Assembly (NCBI GenBank): GCA_051294375.1
Contig: CM119269.1
Coordinates: 9,063,619-9,127,618, forward strand
DNA length: 64,000 nt
Source of the DNA: Paraspadella gotoi
Lineage: Eukaryota > Animalia > Chaetognatha
Reading direction: 5' to 3'
Of this stretch, positions 1-15,000 are shown piece after piece (the stretch's first letter is position 1; every line of letters starts with the position of its first letter). The position numbers were made by a program, and so were the translations under genes. Under the pieces are notes generated by a model that saw only the letters and a program-made list of their open reading frames with translations, searched no databases and was not told where the DNA came from.

Positions 1-3000
1 CCCACCGTTTTCACTAAATAGCAGACCGCCTGTCACTGTGCGAGAGGCCAGCCATACTACTCTCGCCCGGCGAGTTCCGCCAGGAATGCCTAACACCAGT
101 GCGCCTCGTTGGAGAGTGTTTACACCTATGGCGGCGGTTAAGGATTGCGCGAGCCACCTGCAATGATGTTGTGATAGCCTCCGTTCGGCAAATTCCATCT
201 CCACTAGGTTAAACTGCCTGGTCAGGACGGGAAGCAAACGGCCGTGGACGCCGGCGGCCCGGGCGCTGGCGGCGGCGACGCTTGCGGCTGCGGCGTTGTA
301 GGCCGCCGCCGCGGGACGGCCGAACCGTGGCGCCGGGAACCCCGTACCGAAGCCATTATTAAAGCCATTGGAGAACGTCACGACCAACCGCCGACTTCCA
401 GGCGAACACTAGGAACCATATTGCCGGGGAAGTGTGACGGAAGAGGGAGAGGGAGAGGGAAGACGAGGTGGGGAAAGAGGTTAGAAGGGGAAGGAGGTGG
501 CAGAGTAGGGAGACGGTAAAGTAGGAAAGGAAAGAGAGTTGAATTAAATAAGGGAAACAGGAGCCGAGAAGGCTATTAAATGGAGGAAAAGAGGGGATAG
601 AGATGGAGGAGAGAGAGAGAGAGAGACGAGAGAGAGAGAGGAGAAAGGAGAGAGAGAGGAGAAGAAGAAGAGAGAGAGAGAGAAGGAGAGAGCCAGAGTA
701 GAAGAACAGAGAGAGACAGAGAACTTATTGGGGGTTGGGAAGGCAAATGACTTGCTATTCGAGAACTTGAATGTCATTTCGGCTTACCAAGTGGCGCTTG
801 ACTGGAACAGGTTTGGTGGGGATATTCTAAATCACCCATAAGTCAAAAGTATTTGCCGGTTAAGAGGAAAGGGTCAAGGGTACAAGGCAATAACAATAGT
901 ATCATTGGTGAGGGTAGGTAGTTAAGAAACGCGGCTCAAATACAATCGCTCGCTGAAGAAGAGTAGCAGATTATAGTCATGCGGAGCGACCAAACCGGGA
1001 TCAAAGAGAGGAGAGAAGAGAGAGAGAGAGAGACAGGTAGAAAGTCAAAAAATAAAGTTTTATTTATATGAGATTGAAGAGAAGAGAGAGAGAGAGAGAG
1101 AGCGGCTAGTAAGAGGCGTTTTTCAAGTATTTCAAAAATAATTTTATGTAGATTAAAAAAAGGAAGAGAGAGAGAAATGAGAAGAGCGAGAGAGAAAATA
1201 AATATAGTTGACAGCTGTTAAATTGGGTTAACGAATCGAGCCATTCGTTGTGCGGAAGTTTAAAAGGAATTGTGTCTTGGCTTTTATTAAAGTAGCGACT
1301 GGTTGCGGGCCGAAACCAAGTCTCTAGGCGGTCAGTCGATGCCGAAGTAAGGTCTGTACAATTCATTCTCTGTGCGTCTATTTGGGGAATAGTTAGTGTA
1401 TTACCGGACGTGAGTATTTATTTTATAGTCCAAATTTCTCATTTTTGTCACTTTCTTTTTTTCCATTGAATCCTCCGGTCTATGTTTTGCGCTCCTCCTC
1501 TAGTGCCATTGTCAACCTACTATAAAATAGATCAATTTCAGGCTACACATTAGTATCGGTATAAAATTGAAAGTTCCGAGCAGGACGTGACAGGAATCTA
1601 CAATAACGTCTTGCGAATGTTCGAAGCGAGGTTGCCAGCCTAAAACGACTGCAACATAATGATTGAACTTAAAAACTTGGTCTGATTAGCCAGAGCGACA
1701 ATAACTACAGAGTAACCAAGAATCCGCCGAAGTCAATTTGAGTGATTTGGTAAAAAAATGTAATTGAGACATTTATGGAATAAACACCAGCAGTGTCAAG
1801 ATGATATAGAAAGAATTCAGAGGAGGCGGAGTTTACAAGATGTTTGTAATATGTTCACGTATGTCGAGAAAGGTGGATAATTACAAGTTTTATTTGACTT
1901 GAGAAAATAAGTTCTCTTCATTAACTAAATTTCTTATAGATTTTTTATATTCAATATAACAGATATAATCCGACGACACACAATAAGATGTATCTCATGT
2001 CCAAGAAACGCCAATTATTTACTCATAAGAGCGCGTGTTTAGGCGATGGACCCGTTTTTTCCGGACTTAGACGCCATAGTAAACACTCGCTCACCTGCAA
2101 CCGAAACGCCTTCAAGGAATCACTAAGGGATGAGCTTTTGCATTCTATTATTTACGCTATATTATAATTAAAAAAAACCCAGAATTAATATTAAGTATTG
2201 GTGTAGAGTAGAAAGCTCTGATGCAAACGAATGTCAACCTTCAAGTGAAAGTAGATATCTATGATCTTTCTGAGTAAAAAAGACGTGGATTCAAAATTGG
2301 TACCTGCTAGCTGGCCAGTTGGAGTCAGAGCCTCTCTGAGACCCTTCGGTGGGCGCATGAAGCTCATCATTGATTCCATATAGCAACAAACGGATTTTGC
2401 ACTACCTCTAATTTAAAAACGTTGTTACTCATTTTTACAAAGAGATGAGTTATTAGAATTGTAGTTGGCGTAGTAGAACTCGGACTTCTAATCCGATGGT
2501 TTGTTTAATATTTGATTAAAAAGCATATACCTATATTAAAAACTTGTCTTTAGGGTTAACATCTCCTGCGAGAAAGATAGGGATAGGGACACGGGCTTAA
2601 ACCCTAATCGCAGGCCGTCCTAACTCTTTCCTGTCGTGTAGTACCTGGATTTGTCCCTTAGATTTAGAAATTTGTTAAACATCTTTGTACTGATAGGGAT
2701 CTTTATTCTATAATATGCGAAAGTTCTAAAGGTCACATTCTAATTTACCATACAAGAAAACAACATTGAATTCGAGAGAGAAATCAAAACTTGGTTTCAG
2801 TTGGGATTATGGATTCTCTTCTGTTTGCAATAAATACATAAAAAACGCTGGGCTGCAAAAAAAAAAAGGAAGAGAGCAAAAAAAAAAAAAAAATGAAGTT
2901 CAGAAAATAAGACAAGATAATATTGATTAAGGATAATTATAATGAAGAGACTTTTGGCAGGTACTAATGATTATCGACAACCTTTTAGGGAAACTTTGAG

Positions 3001-6000
3001 ATAAAAAGGTTTATACACGTTTAAATCCTGACATTGACATGAAGGATGAACAACATGAAATCTCCTTGACACGACGAAGTGGCATTGTATAGCATTCACA
3101 AGGTCCTCTATTTTCTACTTTTCTCTGACTTTTTCACTGAGCTTTCTTTGCTTTTTTACTAGTCCGAAATTTGTTTGTTCCCCAAATCAGGGCCTTTAAT
3201 TAATGAAATTCGATTTCTCCTTTAACTCTGGTAACAGTGTTGCCATTAATTAGCCAAATAGCAAAATATGCTATATTTCAACACCACAAAATATCTCCTT
3301 CCAGTCCCATTACTTCAAAAAACTCTAATAGCCCATTTTTAGCCCTTAAAGGCCCTCGGAAAAAAACCAAGTCGGCCGCCTAATCGGAGGCATTTCTGGG
3401 AAAAGCGGAAGCATTTCCGAGAAATAATCAGCGGCCCATACCTCCAAAGTCGGGCGCGAAAAAGCGGGGAGATTCGATAGGGGACCCGAGCAACGACGGC
3501 CTCTTTTAAAAGCCGCCTTTTATAACTCCGAAGCGACCAGACCGACGGCGGTATTCATTGAATTCTGGCGACATCCGGGTAAAGCTTGAAAAATAAGAGA
3601 GAAGTGCTGTTAAATGCCATTACACTACTTAGTAAACGATTTATCATAACATAGAGGCTGAAAGAAAAAAGATTGTGACCCCAATTGATTTTTATACCAT
3701 GTGTCAACAACTTAATCCAACCACAAACGAATATTGAATTCCGTTAAGAGAGCAATGTTTATGTAAAGAGACACTGGACAATGATAGAGGCATGCATTTA
3801 TTCAGAGAGAAGTTCGACGGCAAAGTTGCGGTAATTTTTTTTTTCATCTCCCTGTTCAGAGATCACAATCGGCGGGGGCTACAAATTTCCTAAAGAAGGA
3901 GATGGCCGCCTTCATTCCTTCGGGCTATGTTTAATTGTTTTCTGCAGCTGTGTGAAAATCGATGAAGTTCAATCCAATTTTCTCCTCCGTCTCAAACGAA
4001 TCAATTTCCGCGAAGCAGGGAAAATGGTCCTAGAGACTACCTAGAGACGAGAATGACGAGAGAAAATTTGAGAGAGCATGATGAGATGGCAGAAGATGAG
4101 AGTAGAGAGATCGAGAGAGCAGAGTATGAGAAGAGAGAGAGAGAGAGCCTAGGAGTTTCAGAGAAGAGAGATAGACTGACCTCTCAAGATCGCCCATGCG
4201 AGTTAGGTAGATGGATTCTCATTCCTGGCATCACGTCACGGACTCTATCGGTCGAGAGGGAATGCATCTAAAAACTGAGGGCAACTTTAGGGCGAGTAAA
4301 GTGAAATTGGTCAAAAATTTGTTGTATCGATGATGACAGACCATAGAGGGGCCGGACGGAGCCGGAAAGGGCGAGCGAGAAGGAGAGGGGACGGCAGGAG
4401 ACCGGGATGCGAGGCATGATACTTGAGTCAGAGGAGGAGCGGCCGCTACGTGAGAGAGAGTGTAAGGAATTGCCGAGGGAAGACGGAGGGAAGAGAGAGA
4501 GACGCAGAAGAAAGACGAGGACGTACTTCTTCATCTTCTAAAGTCTGTCAATTTTCTTCACAGCAATATGTGCCATTGATGTAACTATCGCGCAAGGATG
4601 TTTCTCACCTTTCCTTGGCCGTGTGTGGACGGATTCGGAAAAGACGCGCCTGTCTGAACGAGTACTACAGTAAAGAAGAAAAATTTACACTTATGTGCCC
4701 ATTTCGCTTTTCCAATATAAACGGACCCAGAATAAAAAAAGTCAAAATCGGATAAGGCATACGTGGGACAAAAAGAACAGAATCCATGGCGGAGTTGGAG
4801 AAAAAATAATGACGAGCATTTAGGGCGGCGATATTTCTCTCCACATGACGACTGAAGGAGATGAATAATGGAACGATGTAATTCCTCCAATGGGATCGGC
4901 GGAACGGTAATCATCTTATTGAACAGAAGCTGTGGGGACTATGATAATTTTTGGAATAACCTTAATTAACGTGGTATAACATTTCAGATACTCGGCTGAT
5001 CTCTGTTCGAAAGCCATGTTCTAAAATAATCCGCGAAGGTTTGAATTCGAATGACTAGCGGCGTTTGGGCTTAGGACCTGCCAGTGACAACCGGAGAGTC
5101 TCACTGGAGAGAAACTTATTACACCTAGATATCCAATAGTGTGAGACTTTTAACTTCATAGGGCCGGGAAGCGAGAGATGATTACGGAAGCCAAATATCT
5201 CATCACAGATGAATGAAACCCGAAAACAGAGAAAAATAAGGAGAGGATTCTGGAAGAGGAAGAAAATTTGGAATGACGAACGGGATTTTACTTATAATGA
5301 TTACTTAAATATGACTTATCCACTTGTCAAATCATATTTGGTGAAACGTAACGCGTGTATTTTGTACGTCATTTTCGATAATGAAGTTTTTGGACGAAGG
5401 ATACCAAAGCTCGAGTATGATGCACACCGATGGCTCGTCCGAAGTCTGGGAATTCCCCCGACCCAGCCTGATGTCTGAAAGTTTAGCATTTTCTGTTCTA
5501 TTGCAAGATCTCGGCAGACGAGTCTCAAATCGGCTTTTCACATTATACACCCCGTTCATATTTGAGATATGTTCTTTAATTGGCATCGTTATTCAAAATT
5601 CAGTCTCTTTTGATTCAATTCGAGTTTATTCACACTCGCAATTTAAATCAAAGAAATATACTCAATTTTAAACATTAAAGTTAAAGCCATTTTGCCTCAT
5701 TTTATGTCACTCGTCGCATACAATTTGTTTTCGGTTCTTTTTCGTTTTTGCATTGTTTTCACCTGACTCCTTGAGAGAAGCCTCGAGCGGAGAGCTTCAT
5801 TTCTCAATGTATCTACGTTTTCCTAATATATTTCTCAGCATTGTTCATTCCACAAAAGAAGGTTCCATGGAATTCATTTCTCTCTTTTAACTCAAATATT
5901 TTTTTGATGTATATCAACCCGCCTAAAACTCAGGTTACAAGTTCGCAATTTGGGTTACGTCCACTGCCGTGTAGCGGGCAATATCCTGCCAAATCTGCCT

Positions 6001-9000
6001 CTTAATGTTAATATTCAAATTCTTTACTCTATTGAAAGTATAAAAACTTATTGAAATATGTAAGATAACATTGGGGGTTCTTTCGATTTTTGCTCCCTCA
6101 CCCTTCGTCCTTCTATCTCTCTCTCTCTCTGCCTCTCTCTCCCTCTCTCCTTCTCTTTCTTTTCTCTCTCTCTTCCCTCTCTCTCCATCTTTCAAATTCT
6201 CTCTTTTCTCTTGCCTCTCTCACTCTCTACTCCTATTTTTCCTATCTCCTTCCGGGCTTTATATCGGGTCCGAATCCACCTTCCCCTCACTCATACTCAC
6301 TCCTCTTCGATTTCCCGGCCAATCTCTCAGTATCAACTTTTCCTATAGGGTGTCATCAAAAACAAGGTACAAACGTTGCCGCCCGCCTAGGCGTGATGCG
6401 CTGACGAAACCTGCGGAAACGGTTTCTTTGATTGCTGCTTCCCTTCTCGAGAGAGACCAGTTAGCTATGGTTACTCGAAGGAGCCTCCAAATCTGAGCAC
6501 TGCCGAGGAAGAATACACCAAAGCTGATTGTCACAAGTATCGTTTGAGACTTGTAATATTGAAAGATTTTTTGATGGGGTGTTAGAAAAATATTGGGAAT
6601 ATCGGGACGTAATTTAAATAATCAGTAAAGAGTAATAATTTTTGTATCAACTATCGCACTTTCCGATAATTAATATATATTAGATTGTATAAATATCGTT
6701 TTTTTTATACTTTACAATAATGATTGATACCAATTCTGAACGTTATCGGATACGATGCTTAATGCATAAATATTAAATCAGTCTATTTTAAGGCAGCTCC
6801 ACTAAGTCAAGTCCTAAAGAGAAGCTCCAAATATAAGAGTTATGGAGTTACATCTCTAGAGGCCTGGAAATATTCGTATTAGGAAAATAAACACTATCTT
6901 AATGGAAGTTACATTTATAATATAAAAATATAATTAAAAAACAATCGTGTGATTTCACAAGAGATTCAAGCATCATGGCTCATAAAAGAATGGGCAATTC
7001 ACTTCCCGTCTGAGCCTGCGGAACAGCAGTGCTCCGGTCATGCGGCCCTGGCTGCTGGGTTCTATGGGTGGATAAGCCGTTGCAGGCGGCAGCGGCAGTC
7101 AGGAGATGTACGCGGCTGCCAGACGTCCCGGCGGGCAGGAGGGTTGTCGTGCGGCCGAGTGCGTAGATATCCTATTGAGAGAGAGGAAATTGTGCTGACA
7201 AAACGCGGGCGGTAATCGCACCGGAAATACCAAATCTCAAAAAAACTCGCCCACGCACGATAAATGATGACGGCGGCGCGCAGCGGGCCCAAGTGCGGCG
7301 TTTGCATGTTGTAGCGTGATGAGCGGACATTGCTTGTGTCTGTGCATCCCAGAGAGCGATGTCGTGCACAGCGGACGGCTTCGCATCCAAAACCATGCAA
7401 TCACTGGCGCCGTGGGAGCTCACCGCGGCGGCACCGACTTACGCTGAACCACGCCGCCACGAGGCGAGAGGAACCCGTTTCCAATCTTCTTTTCCGGATT
7501 ATCAGCTCCAAACAAATTTGCTCCTATACTGTTAAGGCCCAAGTCATACCGTCCACGACGCAGCGAGCGGCAATCGAGAGTGGAGTTAATGGGATAAGGC
7601 AGTTTTGTTGGTTATTGGAGATGGTGAGGACGGGAGAGCGACAGAAGACGGACATGCATATTTTTGGCATTAAATGTTTGATCATATATAATGTTGGATG
7701 AGGCGATAAGTGGAAAGGTTTTCGACACCAGTACAATGGTGAAGTTTAGGGGGGTTGACTCTCCGATGCGTGAGAAACAGACCGGTTATCAGAGAAGTGA
7801 TGAAGTTTATTGTGAGTGGAGATATCGGAGCGATATGCTGGATGAGAGCTAGTAATACTGAGATGACACGAACAAGCAGAATCGCTGCATTACGAATATT
7901 GGAGGAACACTCCGTAATCGTCAGGAAACTTCATTAGGAAAAGAAAGAAAGAAACGCTGAGATCTGGATCCGGTACAACCTAGTTAGAAACTGTGAAACG
8001 GAGGCACAAAATGACATTATGGACGCGGGACCGAAAGAAAGGAGATCAGGTGGACAAAAGATACAGAAAGAAAAACGAAGACATTAAGTGCAAATGTAAC
8101 GATAAAAATATGATAATATGAGATTAATATATTAGATCAAGTCACGAATTAAAACGTAAAATGATCGGGTAAGGGAACAGATAGCCGGACAAATGATTGG
8201 TGTGAGAGATCATACAATACAAGCGCACCAACATGATTAATCACATGAGATGACATAAGTGATTACGATGGAGGTTATATGATAAGTACGATATCGAAGA
8301 GAGTTATAACCACAAATGTTCAAATTACTCACCAAAAGATAAGGACATATCCAATGATCATCACGTGACAGAGTATAAAGTGGGACTGAAGAGTCTTGAG
8401 TACTCAGGTACGCTCACATTCAGAGGATGTGTGCTTATTCGGTAACGTCGATTGGTCGACTGCCTGCCCTTGTCTTGGTATGCGAGAATCAAGTTATCTC
8501 TGGACACTCACTGGGATGGGAGTCGTTCGGCTGTTGATGAAATCGACAATTATAAAATGAGAGGATATAAGGCATAGCAGCCGATTCATTCTGTAATTAT
8601 ATTAGAAGCAAGCCTTTTTTGAATAGACGAAAGGGAGATAGATATAAGTATGATTCCACTTGGCCTCCATTTCTTCTCACTTCATTCATACGGCATGGTT
8701 GCATTGGAGGGCATGTGGGTATAGGTTAGTGAGAGAAACATAGGGGAAGGAAATTAAGTAGAGGAGGAAGAGAGACTATAGGAGACATTATTTTGGTGAA
8801 AAGAGATAGATTAGGAGGACTAATAAGAAAGAAGTGAAGGATGGTATATGTGCTGTAGAATGTGATAACAGAGGTGTGATAATCGAAAAGGGCGTACCTG
8901 ATCAATTGTGTAAACACCGAAAAATAGAGAAATAAGTGAGAAATCAAGAAACACAGTGTATAAAATGGAAAAGAAGAAAAGAAGATACTGTAAGATAGCC

Positions 9001-12000
9001 CATATAGAATGAAGAGACAAGAAGAGGAGAGTAGAGTAGATGATGTATGAGAGAGAGTAGTATTGTTATCGTAGAAAGAGTAGCAAGAAGAGCACGGTAT
9101 GAGCACGAGTGATGTCAGAGAAAGCACGATGAAAAAGGGTAATAAATATTGGAATAACTATTTATGCAAGTTTAAGAAAGAGTAGTCAAAGATACTAAAG
9201 TAAGTTCTGAATGAGTAGAGACAGGTTTGAGGTATTAAAATGATTGTAAGGAAGCAGGGAGTATTATTATAATATTTTCCTCATGCTACAGAATCAGAGT
9301 AAGTGAGATTTTTGGAGGCTCTTGCATTACGGTACAAGCCTACAGTCAACGAGAGAGTTAATATATTTATCAAGGGTCTACTTTGGTTCATAAAATATGT
9401 GCCATTGGGTGAAATAAGGATCAGTTAGATGCATGGTCACTTAGCGCCGTGTTCCGGAGCACAGAGTTAGCAGCGTGAGTATATGAGCTCTAAATTAGTT
9501 CAACACGGGAAAGTTGTAAGCAGTAATTGATGGTGTAAATTTTATATAAACGAAAAATTGATTACGATTAATTACTAGCTTGGGTTATAGAACAAGCCCA
9601 AAATTACTATTATGTGTGGTCAAATTGGCTTAATGTGTCATAGCCGAGACACTAGTACTGCTGGAAAATTTTTAATGCTTCCTGCGAGTATAAAAATAAC
9701 ATAATAATGTCACACCTCTTAAAATATTAATAGCCTAAGTCTAGCAATAATTTCTATTGACAATTTTATAGTTTTCGAACTTGATAGGATAAACAAAGTA
9801 TATATTGCGTATGCCATGAAAGCAAATTTCTCTTCAAAAATCCATTCTCTTTGCAATCTTTTCTTTGAAATCATTATAATGCCCATTCATCCACCCAAAA
9901 AACGTTAGTTCTCAAGGCTACTCAACATTCCTTTGTCCATGCAAAATCTTAGGGTGATAAACAATGAAACAATTTTTTGAGTGCTCTCACATCAAAGCAG
10001 GAGCACTATTTTTTTAAAAACTTTAAGACATTACATAAATCCTGTCTATTTAATACAATTGTCAAATCATAAATCTCCCCCCGTCTATTGCTCTGGAAAC
10101 GGCCATCTGGTGACAACCAAAAATAAAATAAACATGATAAGCTTACATCGAAGTAAATATCACTCCATATATGATGAATCAAACAGGCCAAAAAAGTTGT
10201 CACGCCGGTATCCACTTTCCAGTTATCTCTTTGGATTTTCTAAATGCTATATGTATATAATTTCGATAGATATAATACTTTCGGGCCTTCCTCATACGAT
10301 CATACATTCTAGATACGCTGTCATCTGGCTTCTACTGCCTTTATTTCGTCTGGCCTACACATCACAGACAAGTTTGAGCTCCAGAGTCCATATATTGCTT
10401 TCCTCCAGCCTCCATCTTTTCAATCTCCTTTCTTTCTGAGATATATGATATCTATTTCTGTATATATTCTACACCTAGACCCGCCAGCCATCTTGTCCTG
10501 TATATTTAATTACCTATCTTCTTGAGTTTTAACATACAAATTCAATAAATCCACAGGCCTTCTTCTTAGACTCATGTAAAACTGGTTACATTTCCTTGCC
10601 ATTATACACATATAGCGCCTACATTGATTCAGGACCAACCATATTCATCTTTATCGTCAAAAAGCCAACTACAAAAAATACCATTGATTCCGACTGGCTA
10701 ATCAGCCCCTATTACCCACAGGAGAATATTAATTTTAAATTTAAACAGAGGCTATTCCAACGAGATCCAGCTTTAATATTACAGGTTTCGGGTAATACGT
10801 TTCTGTCACCCCAACAGGTCTATACCACATTTCATTTGAATCTTAGCCAGCATTTTGGATGTTTTAATCCTATGATCAAAACATCTCAATAATAAAGTAC
10901 CCAAGAAACTCAAAAAACAACTCAAAAGAATTTTGCTGGTTGATTAAACTTAATAAAGAGCACTAAAGCCACCATCATGCAAGCCCGTACCTGGCTTTTC
11001 TCCAAACGCCCGGACAATCCTTTCTATATTTCAATCATGCCGTACGACAGCCCATCATATAAATAAACCACCCTAGCCACCAATAACACAAATATCAACC
11101 ACCTCAAATTCTCCAGCGCGCGCCGGTCAGATTCTGAAATATACTTACTTAATTCCACACTCCTTCTACAAAACCTATCTACATCAACGTATCCATGCTG
11201 CCTAAAGTGACAAAGGAGTACCTCCAAGAAACCAACTCGGTAGCCTTGGGACCAGGGACTTAAACCCATCCAATAGCAACTTATTATAATGAATTAACTT
11301 TGTTCCAAGTACCATAACGTATCCCATGACCAACTATAACCAGCCCATCAATGCATATTTGGGTTCCACCATCCGCGCGCACCATGCCTCTCTGTACCGC
11401 CCCAGGTCAATTAATACGTGTTCATCTTTGACTTGTGGAGAGCAGAATAAACCCAAGCCTCCTTATAATTGTCGACGGCGCCTCCGCTGTTAGGACGTTG
11501 AGCCGACGTAGTGGCGGCAAGGCGGAGGGCCCGGCCCGGGCGAGAATATAAAAGCGCGCCCGGGCGATGGCGGAGGACAAATACCACGGCGGCGGCCTTT
11601 GCGCAACTAGCCGGCATCTCGTCTATTGCGATTCAGGGGCGACCGACAGGAATTTGAAAGGGCAGCGGTGCGGCGGAGCGCGGTGGTCCGCGAGGGCTGC
11701 TGTTTATCTGTCTGATCAGAATGTCGGAAGCCCATATTATTCAATCTCGTACTCCTCCAATCCTCATAAATATGGAATTCGTTTATATATATCGTTTTAA
11801 AAATATTAATAACTTGAATAATTACGGCGGGGTTAAGCGGGAGTGAGGATGGCTTGCTTTGAAACCGAATAATATTCTTATTTCTCATTAGTTGTCTAGT
11901 TTTAAACCATGTATGTAATCTCAAAAGTTATTTATACGTCTCCTCGTTCCCTTTTTTAACATTCTTGGCTTAATATATTAAGCATTCTTCCCTACTATCT

Positions 12001-15000
12001 GATGCGGTGAGATTTTTATTCATAGTACTATCCGCGACTTCTCTTCTTTCACTACCTGTCTTTTTTTCTCACTCTTCTCATCTCTCCTCACTCCCGTATC
12101 CAAAAGATCTCAGTTCTTTCTCCGCTCTCTTTATATCTATCCCCTTTCCTCTTCTCAGTCCTTTATTACCTATGAATTAGCCACCTTCCTTCTTTGTCTC
12201 TCCATCTCTCTCTCTCAATCGGTTTCTCTCTCTCGAGAAAACGAACATCAATGTCACGCACGTCTGGCAGAATCGTTTCTCGGGTCTCGCGCGTGTTCCC
12301 GAAAGGAGATCTTTTTTTCGACGAGGGAGACGGAACAACGTGAGATGTCGACCTCCCCCCGGCCCTTGCCTCCCCTCCGCCAGCACCCCCGGGCGGCGCG
12401 CCAACTCTCTTCAGATTCCCAAATTCCGGCCACAATGGCCCAAAATTAGCCGAGAGATTTCAGCCGCAAATTGCACCAGATCGAATGGTCACAAGACACA
12501 TACCGCGAGCGGCTGGAGAGGGATGGGGTATCACAAAGACGCGAGAGTCAGCGGAAGAGTACGAGATGAGACACCTTGCAGGCGCAGCGGGGCCTAGGAT
12601 GCTGTCGAGTTCAGATCATGTCCGGTCTTTGTTTTGCGAGCTTGTTCTCCAGTCGTTGTGAACGAATAAACGGACAAGTATTGTTATCATACGGAAAATC
12701 ATAATATAAAATACCAAGACACATGCAGAGCAAAGGATAAAATATGTGAGAAAAATATGACGCGCTGCACAAAAACAAGGAAATCACATTAGCGAAAGCT
12801 GCGGCTTGAGAAGCAAGACATGCACGCTATATTATAAAGAGAGACAAGCACAGGACTAAGCTCACAGCGTATATGACTACGTCATTCGATTTGATGCGAT
12901 GCAATATGTCATGTTCAGTGTCGCGGGATGAATCATTCATCATCGTAAACTTAAAACAAAGTGGAAAGGGAGAGTAGTAAGGGAGAGTAGAACTGAGACG
13001 AGAGAGAGTTAGGGAGAGATCGAGAGGCGGACAGTTTTCCGCCAATCGAAACGCCATTTATTTAACAAAAGTCTCTCTGTTTTTGTATTATTGAGGATAA
13101 ATACAAGATCACTCTCTTCAGGGAAAAATCCCTACGACTCAATGTATCGTAATGCTAAATTTGGGTCGATTTTCGTCTTATTGTAGAAAAATCATCGCGC
13201 GGAAAATAAATCTTCGGCGATATCCTCAATCGTATCTTGATAGAAGCGGAATACCAAAAGACTCACAGAAGAGTCGTGCCTCATGACAGAGAGAGATAGA
13301 GGAGAGGAGAGAGAAGCTGGAACAGGCCGCATCTTCATGGAACCGTCCTCGCCGCTTAGCAGCCTCCTTCGCGCGCTGCACGAGCTGTTCCAATACTTTC
13401 CGACGTTAATCGAGTAGGTCGACCTCAACCTCTTTTTCTTTCCTAATCTTCATCCTTGGCTAGAAATCCATATATACAGGAATACTCGAATATCTTTCGG
13501 GCGTATAGACAGGATATACATATGATGAAATTTTTACGCCTATAGTACCAATTTGTGACTGAAATGATAAGACCTATAAAAATGCATAATTTTCGTTCTG
13601 AAGCATGTTGTCCCAGATACCTAAGTTTACTTCGTTAACTTCACCCTCCCATTGAGAGAGGGTACCCCCTTTCAGGAAGAAAGAGAGAGACTAACGTCAT
13701 TGTTCCAATAATAATATCGGCCAAAATCTATAATACTTGATAAACGAAATATATATATAGTTTGAAAATATCTCTTAACGACTGATGATATTTTTCGACT
13801 TCGAAATTATTTTTTTATCTTATCAAATTTTTATTTCTCATTTAAAAATTTAACTTGAATGAAATTTTGATTGTTTCTTTTTGCTTAGAAAGATACCAGA
13901 CCGAGGTCAATCCTTTGTTATATTGTGCATATTGAATTAATTTATAGAAATATGTTTATCAACAACTCTATAATAATTATATTTTAAAAAAAGATAAAAA
14001 TGATTAATATATAGCACTAAAAAAATTGTACAAATGTTAAATAGAGTATAGTATAGAATTGATCAGATAACAAAAAAAGTAATGATTTATTGGACTAATC
14101 TCTCTATCACTCCCTAAGTTTTGATATATTTGCCAATAGGTAGGGGGCCATCCAGGTTTCTAAAAAGTTATATGTGACAGAAGATGGCACTGTTCAATAA
14201 GAAGAGAGTAAGGATATCAAAATATGTAGAATTATAAGAATGTAGTCCGCACAGGAAAGTACTGCAGGAGAGAGGATAGATGTATGATGAGGAGGATTTG
14301 ATTGTATGTATGATGAGAAGAGAAAGAGAAGGGGCACGAGAGCAGAGAAGAAGATCGGTTTATTAAGAACTAAGGATAAAATACTATCTCGATAAGCAGA
14401 TATTTGCATATAAGACCGATTGAATCGCTCCAGGGCAAGGGGATTCGTTAAACAGGAAAGAGAAAAAGGAACGAGAAGAGGGAGATGAGGGAGAGAAGAT
14501 CGAAGAAGAGGAGAGAAAATAGAAGAGACAAAGGCTGGACAGCTGCTGAATGGCACTGTCGAGATATACCATCGTGGCTCAGTATAACTGCAATACTCGA
14601 TTTTTTTATTTCAGAGAAATAATAGAAAATAGAACAATAATAAAAGTGAATTAAAAGAGAATAATAATACGAAATATGTAAACATATGTTACCATATCGT
14701 TATTAACATGATTTGATATAATTTTTTCCAATTTTTTCCATCGCTAGTGACTTTAGTAAAGATTTATTTTTAATTTTAAATCAAATAAGATCATCTTCAT
14801 CATTAAAGTAGATTAATATTTTTGAACTTTCCCAATTTCTTTTATAATAGACAAGTATTGAAAATTATTATTATTTGAAATTCTATCTTCAAATATGTAA
14901 GTAATTGTAAGGAGAGTGGAGTTATAAGTATTATATAGCTATTTCTTATTATACTAACTTGGTTTATTCTTGTTAATCGAAAGTACTATAAATCTCATTC

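Noticed and set aside
5209-11269. Several 70-150 aa ORFs as possible retroelement fragments
   Set aside because: No recognisable RT, RNase H, integrase or transposase motifs, and the sequence is of raw-read quality.
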